NCBI GenBank assembly: GCA_021534775.1
Contig: GCA_021534775.1_4809.2
Origin: a phage
Direction: 5' to 3' (one strand)
DNA length: 21,206 nt
Shown: positions 7,455 to 16,128 of the stretch, piece after piece
Layout: every line of letters starts with the position of its first letter
Numbering within the stretch: the stretch's first letter is position 1
Notes under the pieces: generated by a model
What the model was told of the DNA's origin: nothing
What the model saw: the letters and a program-made list of their open reading frames with translations, nothing else
Database searches by the model: none
Program-made: the position numbers and the translations under genes

Positions 7455-7477
7455 AAAGGCCCATATGGGCCTTTTTC
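7455..7477. terminator. bidirectional rho-independent terminator between convergent transcription units
   Basis: Symmetric hairpin AAAGGCCC-ATAT-GGGCCTTT with an A-tract on one side and a T-tract on the other, lying exactly between the stop of the + ORF (7452) and the stop of the - strand endolysin gene (7478). Confidence 0.6.
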
Positions 7478-8122
7478 TTACATAACTGCTAGTGCGTCCT
7501 TGTAACGCTTCCGTCGCAAATCCCCATGGTTAGCCGTATTCGGCGCGGCCCCGTTAATCCGCTTAACGGTTGAATCAAAATTTCCTGCATCAGCAAGAGG
7601 AATACAGCCGCTATTCTTAAAGAACCATGCCGCGCTGTCAGCGATGTATTTTGGCTCAGTCAAAATTTCAGGATTATTCAAGGCGTCATATCCTGATTGC
7701 TTTGAATAATCTGCATAGTTATCCTTTCCAGTCAGCTGAATGGCACCACGGCCACGGTACTTCCAACCGTCGCCTGATGCTACCGAACCGTTGCCCATGC
7801 GGTTTGCATATGTATTATTGGCGATTTCCATTGGTTTACGGGCAATCGACAACGCCAAGGAGTTGGGTGCACCGCCGAAAAGACCGCTGGCGCTGTAACG
7901 GCTAGGCCATGTATTAGCAAGACCTTGAGCGGAATAATTCAAGTTTTCCACAAATGTCTTCAGACTGCCTGTTTCCACTCCTACGTTTGCAAGCAACGCT
8001 GCGATGGCATTCTTGCTTTTGATTCCGTAGTGCTCACAAGCCTGCTTGAAAGGGTCCACCCATTTCTCTGCGACATCCATGCTGCATCCGGTCCCTTTAG
8101 ATATTACGTTTGCATTAATCAT
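7478..8122 (-). CDS. endolysin, glycoside hydrolase family 19 (chitinase-like) type
   Basis: The translation contains YRGRGAIQLTGKDNY and YIADSAAWFFKNSG, matching the two GH19 signature regions, plus LLANVGVETGSL. No signal peptide. The start could alternatively be the internal ATG at 8080. Confidence 0.8.
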   Translation of the reverse strand: MINANVISKGTGCSMDVAEKWVDPFKQACEHYGIKSKNAIAALLANVGVETGSLKTFVENLNYSAQGLANTWPSRYSASGLFGGAPNSLALSIARKPMEIANNTYANRMGNGSVASGDGWKYRGRGAIQLTGKDNYADYSKQSGYDALNNPEILTEPKYIADSAAWFFKNSGCIPLADAGNFDSTVKRINGAAPNTANHGDLRRKRYKDALAVM

Positions 8123-8130
8123 AAATCACC

Positions 8131-9918
8131 TTATGCGCTTCTGTACCAGCCGTTCAAGACTACATATCGCGGCAGGGTTGAAACAGCCGTTGGAACGGAC
8201 TGCCCTGCGTCGCCAGTGTTACCGACCACATCGTGAGTGTGAGCGGGAAGGGTATAGCTGTGGCTGTGATTGCCAGCGTAATTTATATTCAACCCATGGG
8301 TGTGTGACCCAGAAGATTGGATATTGTGGACGTGGTTGCCGTTAGTCGAGGTGTTGTATTTGTAGTTATCCCAGTCGCCGCCCTTTCGACTGCCGAAGTT
8401 GTTGTGCGTATTGTCATACACGCCATACCGCGCATCATTCGTATTCGCTTCACCCCAGCTACTGTCATGGTGGTGGTTTCCTGCTGAATCCATTCCGTGC
8501 ACGTGAGCACCGTTTTGACTGGTATCGCCTGTGTGGTTATGGTTTCCTGCATCTCCAGTGGTATTTGACCATGGACCACTTTGGCGCGTAGTAATGTTCA
8601 CGCTGTGATTGTGGAGAGGAAGCATCGCGGCGGTAAGGGTGACAGAGTCCGCGCCGCCTGTGGCAAGACCGTTTCTTGCCGTGCCTGATGTTCTGATGAC
8701 CATGTTATCAGGCAATCTGGTCCACACTTGTCCATAAGCGCCAAGCTTGGTGTTTGGGTTGGTTCCATTAGTCAAGAATCGAGTCTCACCGACTTCGAAT
8801 ACATCACCCATAGTGATCAACTTAGAAGCCAAATCATCGAGTTGACGCTTTGTCACAAACTGTTGCGGCTCACTGGCATCAACACCGATTTGCGCCGCGC
8901 CGAATGCTTGAAGAAGACGCCATACTGTGCCGTCATAAATAATGGTGAAAGGCAAAAGACCGACGATTGACCCTGCTGGCAACTCGCCGCCGTCGAATCC
9001 AAGGACGGCAACCTTGTTTGCACCAATGGTCACGGTAACAGGTCCGGTAGTCGTTACATCATTGACGATTGTAAGGCGACTACCTGCTGACGGCGGCCAT
9101 GAATAACCTGCCGGAACGGTAAGGATTATGTCTTGTGCGCCTTTACCTGATGCAAGATTCGGCGTGCCAATTTGAACGTCTTGAACAGTGGCATTCTGAA
9201 TCCAAGCGCTCCAAGCACCAGACGTATAAGAGCGGGTGAAAACATATCCGTTCATTGACGTGTATTGCTGCAGGGCGAAAGTCTGCGCATCGACCTGCCA
9301 AGCGCAAACCTGGAGACGACCTGCAACCTTCGTCGCGCCAACCGCATTCGGGATGTTAGAGCAAAGAGCAGCAACGGCATTGGATTGGATGACAATGGTT
9401 GTGGAAGTCGTAATGTTATCAAAGTCCACAAAGTTTGAAATCAGTCCGCGAACAAAATACGGGTTTTGCGCATCGCCGCCAGCAGGCATAGGAATATACT
9501 TTCGCGCTTCGCTAGGCAGCGTCAATTCCTGCCAAGATTCAGTTTCGCCGTTTGCTGGGACGGCGCTGGTGTTGCCGTCAACCACGCTCTGGAAGATGCG
9601 CCACTCAGGCGCTGAAGGAGTTCCAGAGTTGCTTACTACGATGGCATTTTTCGGGTATCCATCCGGCTTCAAGTCAGACGAGAAATACTGTTGAGCACCG
9701 TGGTCCTGGATGAACATAAGGTTGTCGGTGATCAAATTCAGCAACCAGTTCATCGACTCGCGCTCAACCGCTTTCGCGGCGACGTTTCCGGCTTCCAGAG
9801 CAAGTGCATAGTCAGGGGTGTAGCCGCGCTGGAAGTTCACATAACCGCTTGGACTTGCATCCGGCACCACGGATACATCACCGCTTTGCGCGAAAGGTCT
9901 GTTAATAAGTGTTGGCAT
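8131..9918 (-). CDS. tail fibre protein with C-terminal HxH repeat region
   Basis: The C-terminal third is rich in H-x-H repeats (NHNHTGD, AHVHGMD, NHHHDS, NHVHNIQ, SHTHGLN, NHSHSY, AHTHDV), as in metal-binding tail-fibre tips of T4-type fibres. The start was moved to the ATG at 9918 (GAGG 7 nt upstream), just past the upstream gene stop; the track start at 9975 would overlap the upstream gene by 47 nt. Confidence 0.75.
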   Translation of the reverse strand: MPTLINRPFAQSGDVSVVPDASPSGYVNFQRGYTPDYALALEAGNVAAKAVERESMNWLLNLITDNLMFIQDHGAQQYFSSDLKPDGYPKNAIVVSNSGTPSAPEWRIFQSVVDGNTSAVPANGETESWQELTLPSEARKYIPMPAGGDAQNPYFVRGLISNFVDFDNITTSTTIVIQSNAVAALCSNIPNAVGATKVAGRLQVCAWQVDAQTFALQQYTSMNGYVFTRSYTSGAWSAWIQNATVQDVQIGTPNLASGKGAQDIILTVPAGYSWPPSAGSRLTIVNDVTTTGPVTVTIGANKVAVLGFDGGELPAGSIVGLLPFTIIYDGTVWRLLQAFGAAQIGVDASEPQQFVTKRQLDDLASKLITMGDVFEVGETRFLTNGTNPNTKLGAYGQVWTRLPDNMVIRTSGTARNGLATGGADSVTLTAAMLPLHNHSVNITTRQSGPWSNTTGDAGNHNHTGDTSQNGAHVHGMDSAGNHHHDSSWGEANTNDARYGVYDNTHNNFGSRKGGDWDNYKYNTSTNGNHVHNIQSSGSHTHGLNINYAGNHSHSYTLPAHTHDVVGNTGDAGQSVPTAVSTLPRYVVLNGWYRSA

Positions 9919-9928
9919 TGCCGTTCCT

Positions 9929-12667
9929 CTACACGATGTATTTAATTTTTGATAAAAGGGTTGACGCCCAATCACCAGTTAAGTCAGTTATGTTCATGCT
10001 TGAAACATAACCACCAGCAGCACTTCTCGGAAAGTTTACTGTTGCTACAACATCACCATTAGAAGCAATCAATTGAACTCCAGTGGCAAGTGATCCTGGG
10101 TTTTTGATGTATATAGAAGTCGCAGTTTTCTTTGCGAAATCTTCGCTTGTTGAAATTGCAAGCGCATTCATCGTATTGCCAGACACAAGCATCAAGCTCA
10201 GAATATCAAGTTCAAGAGTTGTACCAACTTCGGTCGGCAAGTCTTTCCCTGATATCAATCCGATGCTGATGCCGCCTGTTGATCCATCCCAGTTAGCTCC
10301 TGCCACAATCTCAGCGGCAAGGTCAATCTCAATGCGCTGTAAATCACCAACACCGATGTTATAGAATTTAGGGATATAGCCGCCCATTCCATCCGGTACA
10401 GTTACAAAAAGCTTCTGCCCGTTAACCGTGTTGTTTTTGACTATCGCAATGAATGATAAAGGACCAGTAAGCGTTCCAGTATATTTTGTTGCGAGAACGG
10501 CGCGTGCATAACCGGACGTTGGCACAGTCCCTATTGTAGCGGAAAGCTTGAATGATGGGAACTGGTTGGGCGCTCCGCTTATTGGCGTTGCCGTCACTGT
10601 GTTTGCACCATCCTTGACGATATTACCAAATGAAGTTCCATCATTCGGCTGAGTATAGCGCCAATAGTTTGTGATGGCTGCACGCGGAATTTCACGACCA
10701 AAGTCATCGCGAGAAGCCTTTGAGATTGAATAGTCGTTGACAAGAGCGCCATCGACGACTTGGTTCACACCTTTCAAAGATTCAAGCTGGCGTATGACAC
10801 CGTTGAAGTTGTTAAGCGGCCATTCGTTAATGCCGCCAACTCTGATGATGCCGTCAGTATTAATCCACGCAACACCTTCCGTTTCAAATCCTACTCGCGT
10901 GTCCGTTATGTCGCTGACAGTCAAATCAATATCAGATAAGTCTGCGACTTCTTGGTAAAGCTGCCAACGTATTCCGGCATTTGCTGGCAAGAATCCTTCA
11001 TTCCTGTCGCCAACTAGCGTCTTAAAGTTGTCTGACAGGTTGTTGGCGAAATAAGGTCCGATGACGTATTCCATGTAATAGTCGGCGGTCGGCGGCGGCG
11101 GTACTCCATCCAGCCTGCTAACGTTCCATGAGCATCTGATTCCATCAGTCTCTGCAATCAATGTAGCGTTCCCTGGGTACGGGTAGCCGCCGATTGAGCC
11201 AGAGTATGCAAGTGATGAGCCAGGTTGCATGAATGACTCGCCAACCACACCGTTTCTTGTCGTCAGCGGTCCGTTTGCACAGGAGATGTTATTGAGCGTT
11301 CCCGCCGTTACAGACAGGATTGCTGTTCCGTCAGAAGGAGGGTTTTGCGTTCCATAAAAATAAGGCTCAGGCCCATTTGGATTCTGAACAGGGTCGCAGA
11401 CGCAAATCGAGTATCCAAATAAAAGAGCATCAGACCCTTCAGGCAATTCACGAGTTTGAGTTGATCCAGCGGCAGTCGCCTTCAACTCTATTGAGAAGCT
11501 GGTACTTACTCCAGAATCAGCGGTTGCCGTCTGCTCTACAATCCAGATTCGATACCAATCGCCGCCGATTGCTTTTATGCCACCACGGCTTGATTCCCTT
11601 CTTACTCCATCGAATTTACCTGTGATGAAATAGCTCAAGGACGAGTCCAAGTTGAACTGTCCAGTGACGGGGTCAAACAGCTTTCCATTACTCGATGCAT
11701 CGCTGTTCTCTGTTACGGAAACAGAAGCCACGTTTTCAGAAAGCACTTTTATGTAGAAGCTATAGCAAACGTTGACACCAGCCTGAGAAGGAAGCGCAAT
11801 CGATTGGGCGCTTGGATTATTGGCCAAAGAATACACAGGCTCGCCGCTGGAAGCGGTCTTAATGACCCGTACTGCGTTGGCGAAATTCTCTATGGCCTCT
11901 CCTGGGTAATCACCACACAACTGTCCATAGTAATCAGGCCCACCATACTGTCTGGTGTCGCCGCCGACAAGACCTGTGCCGGAACCATTCCCCCATGAGT
12001 ACCAATCTGGGTGAGCCATACGTGACACAGTTCCTGACACTCCGCTTGTGGTCAGTCCGGCGTTGTTGCCATGGCTTAAAAGTATCTGCTTATAATCATG
12101 CTGAATCTCAGTTGACCCCTGCCAGTCGTACAGAAGGAATGAGCCATTGGTTGATTCAGACGAAGACACCGCGCCTTGAGTATTGTCGGTCACATATGCG
12201 TAGCGTGATGAAGAGTAATCCCAAGCCTCTCCACGGTTGAAAATCCATTTAAGCATGCGGTTGATACTTTCGATGCGGCCATCACTTGTGAGCGTCAGAT
12301 AACGAAGCTTAAGAAGTATGCGCGCTTCTTCGATATTCTTTACAACCTTACCGCCAGCACCAAAGAAGTTGCCGCCGATGTTGTCGGCACCTTCAAAGTT
12401 GTCGCGCGTCGGTCCGAACGCCCAGTTGTGCTCATAATTGCTTAAGTCCACAAAGTCTCTTGGTATGCAAAGAATGTCGCACCAAATATAAATGCCCATT
12501 GCATCACAAGTGTCAATGTTAAAAATGTTATTGTACCAGTCAGTCCAAAACTGATCTTGGTATCTTTCATACCAGTCACTTTTCTTTTGCACCAAAGATG
12601 TGATGTTTGGCGCATTGTTCTGCATCCACTTAAGGTTTTGCAACAGGTTTGTGTCAAACTTTTGCAT
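9929..12667 (-). CDS. large tail or baseplate structural protein (912 aa), possible receptor-binding component
   Basis: Long ORF in the tail module, immediately upstream of the fibre gene, with an AGGA ribosome-binding site. Gly/Ser/Thr/Asn-rich composition typical of fibre or baseplate proteins. No specific motif recognised. Confidence 0.55.
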   Translation of the reverse strand: MQKFDTNLLQNLKWMQNNAPNITSLVQKKSDWYERYQDQFWTDWYNNIFNIDTCDAMGIYIWCDILCIPRDFVDLSNYEHNWAFGPTRDNFEGADNIGGNFFGAGGKVVKNIEEARILLKLRYLTLTSDGRIESINRMLKWIFNRGEAWDYSSSRYAYVTDNTQGAVSSSESTNGSFLLYDWQGSTEIQHDYKQILLSHGNNAGLTTSGVSGTVSRMAHPDWYSWGNGSGTGLVGGDTRQYGGPDYYGQLCGDYPGEAIENFANAVRVIKTASSGEPVYSLANNPSAQSIALPSQAGVNVCYSFYIKVLSENVASVSVTENSDASSNGKLFDPVTGQFNLDSSLSYFITGKFDGVRRESSRGGIKAIGGDWYRIWIVEQTATADSGVSTSFSIELKATAAGSTQTRELPEGSDALLFGYSICVCDPVQNPNGPEPYFYGTQNPPSDGTAILSVTAGTLNNISCANGPLTTRNGVVGESFMQPGSSLAYSGSIGGYPYPGNATLIAETDGIRCSWNVSRLDGVPPPPTADYYMEYVIGPYFANNLSDNFKTLVGDRNEGFLPANAGIRWQLYQEVADLSDIDLTVSDITDTRVGFETEGVAWINTDGIIRVGGINEWPLNNFNGVIRQLESLKGVNQVVDGALVNDYSISKASRDDFGREIPRAAITNYWRYTQPNDGTSFGNIVKDGANTVTATPISGAPNQFPSFKLSATIGTVPTSGYARAVLATKYTGTLTGPLSFIAIVKNNTVNGQKLFVTVPDGMGGYIPKFYNIGVGDLQRIEIDLAAEIVAGANWDGSTGGISIGLISGKDLPTEVGTTLELDILSLMLVSGNTMNALAISTSEDFAKKTATSIYIKNPGSLATGVQLIASNGDVVATVNFPRSAAGGYVSSMNITDLTGDWASTLLSKIKYIV

Positions 12668-12673
12668 AGTTCC

Positions 12674-13945
12674 TCACACAAATTTAACGTTGATGAAGCC
12701 GCGCATAGTATTCGCCTTATCCCAAGGATTGGCAATCCACTCGCTGCCGTAATCGGATGGATAATTTGGCGCTGCCTGTCCGCTTTTCACTGCTGCAATT
12801 TTGCAATCTTTAATGTACAAGCCTGGATACTCGCAAGACACTGCTGAAGCAATTTCAAAAGAAGATTGAGATTGACCTACTGTATATCCTTGCTCACCGT
12901 TAAAATTGCCATTGCCGTAATTCAACACAGCGGCAATAATAGATTCCGCATCGGCGGTTGCTGTGCCTCTTGAAACAGTAATATCGACATACAAGTCATA
13001 TATTACTGCAGTGTTGAACTTCACAAAATAAGACAGTTGTGATTCTTCGTCGACAACTTCTATTCCATCAGGCGAGTTTACTGGATTGCCCTGATTGGTT
13101 GCACCGAAGTCCCACGGCTGGCCGCCCATCTTCGCTTTGAAAATAGTCTCAGCAAAGACTTGCTTATCAAACGTTCCGCTTGCGCACACCCATACACCGT
13201 TAGGCGTTGAAAAGGTAATGCCGCGCACCGTTCCAGGTAATCCCGTGTCGTTCTCAACGACCATCACCGATTCCACGCCGTCGACCGACATGGCACGAGC
13301 GCGAATGGCACCAAGCGATGCAATGCCCTGCTGGTAAAGACGCTTAACGCGAGCGGCCTTTAATGCTCCGTCGCCCATGTATTGTGTTCCTGGCACAGTC
13401 GTCGTTGCTGATGTTGAATACGTTCTTGACCATCCGATGACGTCATAACCTTGCACCACTGTAAACTCTTCATCAGGGGCAACAGTAAATGAGCCATAAT
13501 CTTTTGATGCAAGAGTCATGTTGCTTGTCTTGCCAGTCGAAGTGATTTGAACGTCTTCAAGAACATACCAGTATGTGCCGTTTGAATCCGTCAGCAAACT
13601 TCCAGCAGGAATTTCCAACAGCGGCGTTCCTTCTGCGGTAATTCCTTTCAACATCGTGCTGATGTTTTTCGTTCGCTCAATACCAAGCAATGCCGCGATG
13701 GCATCAAGGTATACGCCATATGAATAATTAGGGTTGATGAGACTTCCCAGCTCGGCGTTGTTCTTCATGACTGAAGTTCTTGCCAAAGTCTCTGTCGCGA
13801 TTAGGGTGCCTTGCGGAGTCGATGCATCAACGTCAAGCCCGACCCCTAATGACTCAATCCATTCACTTTGAACGTCAGCCAGCAAATCGGCTGTGTCGAT
13901 GGTTATTACACCAGTGCTTACTATGTAAGAATATTGTGCACTCAT
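12674..13945 (-). CDS. tail or baseplate structural protein (423 aa)
   Basis: ORF translationally coupled (ATGA overlap) to the upstream spike gene. The role is assigned from position only. Confidence 0.45.
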   Translation of the reverse strand: MSAQYSYIVSTGVITIDTADLLADVQSEWIESLGVGLDVDASTPQGTLIATETLARTSVMKNNAELGSLINPNYSYGVYLDAIAALLGIERTKNISTMLKGITAEGTPLLEIPAGSLLTDSNGTYWYVLEDVQITSTGKTSNMTLASKDYGSFTVAPDEEFTVVQGYDVIGWSRTYSTSATTTVPGTQYMGDGALKAARVKRLYQQGIASLGAIRARAMSVDGVESVMVVENDTGLPGTVRGITFSTPNGVWVCASGTFDKQVFAETIFKAKMGGQPWDFGATNQGNPVNSPDGIEVVDEESQLSYFVKFNTAVIYDLYVDITVSRGTATADAESIIAAVLNYGNGNFNGEQGYTVGQSQSSFEIASAVSCEYPGLYIKDCKIAAVKSGQAAPNYPSDYGSEWIANPWDKANTMRGFINVKFV

Positions 13946-14670
13946 TCTATCATATCCCCAGTTCTGTTTCCAGGCCCGTTACCTATGTGACCGTGAGTGG
14001 ATACATTTGTGCCGCCGATTGTTGTGCCAGTCGGAAGCGTTGCCGTCGTTCCTTCTTTCCCTTCTATACCACCATTGAACGTTGCCTTTCCATTAACTAT
14101 CAATTGTTGGTCGATAGTGGTTATTGGTGTTTTCACATTTACTCCAGCCGATGCAGTTATGTTTATCGAGTCATCACTTAATGCAATGCGGACAGCGCCG
14201 CTGAGTGACTGGATTACCATTGAGTCTGCATCCTCTCCGCTTATGGTGTATTTTCGAAATACATCCGGTATGAACAGTCCATCAGCGAAAGTCTTCACGC
14301 GACCATTGGTAGGCGCGGTCGGCTTCAATTCTTCAAGGAATGTCGACAACTCGCGGTCGCCAGCGAATATCCAGCCCAAATCACCCTCTTTCAGAGGAAA
14401 GTTGATTACGAAGCCGCCGCCGCCGATTGCCAATACAGGAATTGACACCAAAGGTTGACGCTCCACTGGTTTATCATCAAGACTTACGAAATGAATAACA
14501 GGCTTTATGACTGCTAAATTCTGTTTGCGGTCATAAGATATTACTTGTGCAGGAATCATGCCGTCAGTGGTATACTTGCCACGGTCCAGCATTCCCTGCA
14601 GCGCGGCAAACATACTTGATTTGTCAGTTTGGTTGGGGCTTGTAAGTTGGGTTAACTTTTCTGCCATCAT
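13942..14670 (-). CDS. baseplate central spike protein (gpV / Mu gp45-like) with HxH apex
   Basis: The C-terminus ...TTIGGTNVSTHGHIGNGPGNRTGDMIE resembles the metal-binding apex of P2 gpV and Mu gp45-type spikes. The start was placed at the ATG pair at 14670/14667, preceded by AAGGAG; the track start at 14694 is a TTG. Confidence 0.6.
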   Translation of the reverse strand: MMAEKLTQLTSPNQTDKSSMFAALQGMLDRGKYTTDGMIPAQVISYDRKQNLAVIKPVIHFVSLDDKPVERQPLVSIPVLAIGGGGFVINFPLKEGDLGWIFAGDRELSTFLEELKPTAPTNGRVKTFADGLFIPDVFRKYTISGEDADSMVIQSLSGAVRIALSDDSINITASAGVNVKTPITTIDQQLIVNGKATFNGGIEGKEGTTATLPTGTTIGGTNVSTHGHIGNGPGNRTGDMIE

Positions 14671-14723
14671 AGACTCCTTATATCTGATCAACAAATTATA
14701 ATCTATAAGGAGTCTATAAGCAA
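14667..14723 (-). promoter_or_regulatory. perfect 14-bp inverted repeat bracketing a TATAAT hexamer and the ribosome-binding site of the spike gene; candidate internal promoter and operator or translational control hairpin
   Basis: The + strand reads ATAGACTCCTTATA (14669-14682) ... TATAAGGAGTCTAT (14704-14717), exact reverse complements separated by 21 nt. On the - strand the spacer contains TATAAT (14700-14695), with TTGCTT 17 nt upstream (14723-14718). The 3' arm contains the AAGGAG ribosome-binding site and abuts the ATG. Confidence 0.4.
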
Positions 14724-14727
14724 TATT

Positions 14728-15249
14728 TTAGCGATTTGACTTTGATTCTTTAATGGCAGCTTCGTTTGAGTAGGCTTCATTAAGTGATTTTGCTATTAGT
14801 CCATCAAACATAGCGAATGCATCACGCAATGAATAATATTCTTCCAATTCTTTTAACGAAGCAAGACCATTGTTTATTAGGCTTGCAACCATCGGCTCAA
14901 GATAATTAGGCTCTACGGTCGGAACGTCAGCCAAGAATCTATTTGGAATCTTAGTACCTTTCCAATCGCTGAGGAATCCAAAATTGTGCTTCTTTACCGC
15001 TTCCATTAGAACTTTCAATACAAGGTTGGGCGGCAAGTGATTTGGCACACTTTTCACTTCTTCACTTATTGCTTTCTCAGAGTTTAACCTGACTTTAGTT
15101 CCGTCATATTTGATAACATGACATTCACTTAATAATTCAAGTGGAGTTAATATGCTTATCGCATCAACCATTTCAAACGCATCTATTGCGCTGAATTGAT
15201 GTATTTCATAAGTGACTCCAAACAGATCAATTACTTTATTCTTTCTCAT
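14728..15249 (-). CDS. hypothetical tail-module protein (173 aa)
   Basis: ATG-initiated ORF immediately after the upstream gene stop. No motif recognised. Confidence 0.5.
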   Translation of the reverse strand: MRKNKVIDLFGVTYEIHQFSAIDAFEMVDAISILTPLELLSECHVIKYDGTKVRLNSEKAISEEVKSVPNHLPPNLVLKVLMEAVKKHNFGFLSDWKGTKIPNRFLADVPTVEPNYLEPMVASLINNGLASLKELEEYYSLRDAFAMFDGLIAKSLNEAYSNEAAIKESKSNR

Positions 15250-15251
15250 AT

Positions 15252-16124
15252 TTAGGCCGATGGTGCAACGCCGCCCGTCACCGTAAATATGTCATCACGA
15301 CTTGCTAAATCATATTCAAGTTGCATGATGACGAATGTGGTGTCGTTCAAGCTTGGGTTTAAGACTGATTTGAATTTCACACCTTGGGCAAGCTTCAAAT
15401 CCGCGTTATACATGCAAGTGAAGTCAGCGCCCCACTCGTTCCACATCGGTATTCCGACAAATTCCTCAATCACCGTTATCTGTTCTGGATTCAGAATTTT
15501 GTCTTTATCCTTGACGATTAGCGTATCATCATCAATATATGCCGCAATAGAGTTCCTTTGATAGTTCTGAATCTCAAGCAACAAGGCGGCTGCAACATAT
15601 GTTGTGCGGCCTGGGTTAACAAGGCGCTGATTGTTAATCGAAGTATCGCATATAACAGTATCAATATCCATTTGCTTTGCCGACCACTCCACAAACTCTT
15701 TGAATGTTGGGTTTGACGGTGCAGCTTGAGTGATAAACTTAGTCCTGTTTATCTGGTTGGTGTAGCAAGTGATGCGTATGACGATGTTCGGCGGCGGCGC
15801 TGTTATCTCAACCGTTGTGACTTGCCCCTTGTAGACTAAGTTGCTACTAACAACGTTGCCTTCTCTATATCCAGCTTCAATTGTTACGTTGACATAATTC
15901 GCCGCCAATTGGCCTTGATCACGCAGACGTTTGTTGAATGCGGTGAAGTTGGAAAGCAGGTACTCTCTCAAGTACCCTGTCAATCCTGCGACTTCGATTG
16001 TGGCCTTATTTTGCACGGAAAGTGCTGCCTTTTTGATTCGGCATCTAAGCATCAATCCTTCATCAAGCACTTGGCTTGTGCCATCCGGCATAGATAAGGT
16101 GACTTTAAGGATTCTCTTTTTCAA
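15252..16124 (-). CDS. hypothetical tail or baseplate protein (290 aa), apparent TTG start
   Basis: The first codon is TTG, preceded by GGTGA 4-5 nt upstream, 5 nt after the stop of the tape-measure-like gene. The next in-frame ATG (codon 12) lacks a ribosome-binding site. Confidence 0.5.
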   Translation of the reverse strand: MKKRILKVTLSMPDGTSQVLDEGLMLRCRIKKAALSVQNKATIEVAGLTGYLREYLLSNFTAFNKRLRDQGQLAANYVNVTIEAGYREGNVVSSNLVYKGQVTTVEITAPPPNIVIRITCYTNQINRTKFITQAAPSNPTFKEFVEWSAKQMDIDTVICDTSINNQRLVNPGRTTYVAAALLLEIQNYQRNSIAAYIDDDTLIVKDKDKILNPEQITVIEEFVGIPMWNEWGADFTCMYNADLKLAQGVKFKSVLNPSLNDTTFVIMQLEYDLASRDDIFTVTGGVAPSA

Positions 16125-16128
16125 ATTA

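Noticed and set aside
9236-9945. Plus-strand ORFs inside the tail-fibre gene
   Set aside because: Shadow ORFs antisense to a gene with a clear HxH-repeat fibre domain.
9919-9975. Track start of the fibre ORF at 9975
   Set aside because: It would overlap the upstream gene by 47 nt. The ATG at 9918 sits just after the upstream stop with GAGG 7 nt upstream.
8131-12667. Diversity-generating retroelement acting on the fibre genes
   Set aside because: No reverse transcriptase ORF and no obvious template or variable repeat pair in the window; the HxH repeats are intragenic protein repeats.
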